In this document: positions 63,117 to 64,000 of the stretch, one piece after another
Layout of the letters: every line of letters begins with the position of its first letter
Position numbering within the stretch: position 1 is the stretch's first letter
Source of the DNA: a phage
Length of the DNA: 64,000 nucleotides
Sequence record: PZ445451.1
Direction: 5' to 3' (one strand)
The notes under the pieces: model-generated
The model's input: the letters and a program-made list of their open reading frames with translations, nothing else
What the model was told of the DNA's origin: nothing
Databases searched by the model: none
Position numbers and translations under genes: made by a program

Positions 63117-63290
63117 ATGAGAAACTATGTAGCTAAACACGATTTTAATAGGGCTTCTTATCACAGAAATAAGAAGAACAGTTATTCGCGTAAATGGGAT
63201 CTGGAGGAAGAGTTAGACTATGATTACAGAAGAACAATGGAAGGAGATTTTGGAGAATGCACAACCGATGGTAGTGAAGAAGATAGTTAA
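63117..63290 (+). CDS. small hypothetical protein (57 aa), not in track
   Basis: ATG 63117 after ACAGGAGGAC RBS; a competing ORF (63220-63366, GGAGGAAGAG RBS) overlaps in another frame. Confidence 0.35.
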   Translation: MRNYVAKHDFNRASYHRNKKNSYSRKWDLEEELDYDYRRTMEGDFGECTTDGSEEDS

Positions 63291-63325
63291 TAATTCACCA
63301 AATCTGCCTAAAGTAAAATTTAAAG

Positions 63326-63757
63326 ATGATGATACTGACTATGTTAATAAACCTACTGAAGAATAAATGGGTTAGGTATTTTGTTCTTATTATAGCACTG
63401 TTTGGTGGTTTGTATGTTGGTTTAAACAAATTACACGATGACGTGTATGCACAAGGCTACAACGCAGGTATTGCTAAACAAGAACAAATATTACAACAAA
63501 ACCAAATTAAAGCAAAACAGCAATTCGATATCTTACAAGCAAAAGCAGATTCAGAAAGATCTAAATTGAATGAAAAAATTCATTCATTAACGAAACAAAG
63601 AAATGATCTTCTTACACAACTGGATAAGAAGAGTAATAACATAACACAAGAGAGAATAGATTATGCGAAAACATCTTCTGGCGCTATGTCTTGTTTTAGC
63701 CCTAATGATGACGGGTTGCGCATCATCAACAACAGCTTCCCAGCCTCTATTGATTGA
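63326..63757 (+). CDS. i-spanin-like protein (Rz-like: N-terminal TM helix plus coiled-coil periplasmic domain)
   Basis: Hydrophobic WVRYFVLIIALFGGLYVGL followed by Gln/Lys-rich coiled coil; start codon uncertain. Confidence 0.45.
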   Translation: MMILTMLINLLKNKWVRYFVLIIALFGGLYVGLNKLHDDVYAQGYNAGIAKQEQILQQNQIKAKQQFDILQAKADSERSKLNEKIHSLTKQRNDLLTQLDKKSNNITQERIDYAKTSSGAMSCFSPNDDGLRIINNSFPASID

Positions 63758-63992
63758 GCAGTGTAAAGCTGTAGCAACACAACAAATAAAAGCCCCTGAT
63801 TCTGTCAGTATGGAAAAACCATCTACCCCTGTTTTATATACTCCCAATCAAATAAAGAAAGGGGTTACAAGATCAGAGGTAGTGGATAATCAAACTTTAA
63901 ACAACGCTTTGTGGGAAAAAGATAGGATAAAACTTATCAGTTTACAAAACTATATTAAAACATTACAAAGTGAAGGAATAATTTCTAATTAG
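63663..63992 (+). CDS. o-spanin-like outer-membrane lipoprotein (Rz1-like), start embedded in the i-spanin gene in another frame
   Basis: MRKHLLALCLVLALMMTGC signal peptide with lipobox L-M-M-T-G-C. Confidence 0.5.
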   Translation: MRKHLLALCLVLALMMTGCASSTTASQPLLIEQCKAVATQQIKAPDSVSMEKPSTPVLYTPNQIKKGVTRSEVVDNQTLNNALWEKDRIKLISLQNYIKTLQSEGIISN

Positions 63993-64000
63993 GAGGAGAT

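Noticed and set aside
63220-63366. Alternative ORF 63220-63366 (48 aa) overlapping 63117-63290 in another frame
   Set aside because: It has a good RBS but overlaps about 70 nt of another plausible gene in a different frame; it cannot be settled without expression data, so only the upstream ORF was listed, at low confidence.
1-64000. CRISPR array search
   Set aside because: No run of regularly spaced identical 25-40 bp repeats was seen anywhere; the repeats found are short hairpin families and Fur-like or iteron-like motifs.

Overview
This window looks like a segment of a large, AT-rich (~37% GC) virulent tailed-phage genome, not a bacterial chromosome. Layout: (1) 1-6480 and 8290-19540, two blocks of small plus-strand early genes, many behind exact TTGACA promoters, separated by a 1.8 kb AT-rich non-coding region full of repeats; (2) 19598-55630, a long minus-strand block of nucleotide metabolism, DNA replication/repair and host-takeover genes (Sir2-like protein, two DNA methyltransferases, Ser/Thr phosphatase, serine recombinase, HslV-like peptidase, PhoH, T4-type lysozyme, glutaredoxin, an rmlBACD dTDP-rhamnose cluster, nrdAB, thyX, tdk, nucleases, two HNH endonucleases, ligases and an RNA-repair cassette); (3) 56041-58739, a plus-strand Prs-like + NAMPT-like pair (NAD+ salvage or NARP1-type NAD+ reconstitution); (4) 59480-62290, a tRNA cluster with about 15 parseable tRNAs and several aberrant tRNA-like elements; (5) 62312-64000, more plus-strand genes including an overlapping spanin-like pair. 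All calls come from reading the sequence and ORF track by eye; no database search or folding program was run, coordinates of hand-indexed small ORFs and RNA features may be off by a base or two, and tRNA anticodon assignments are manual cloverleaf parses.
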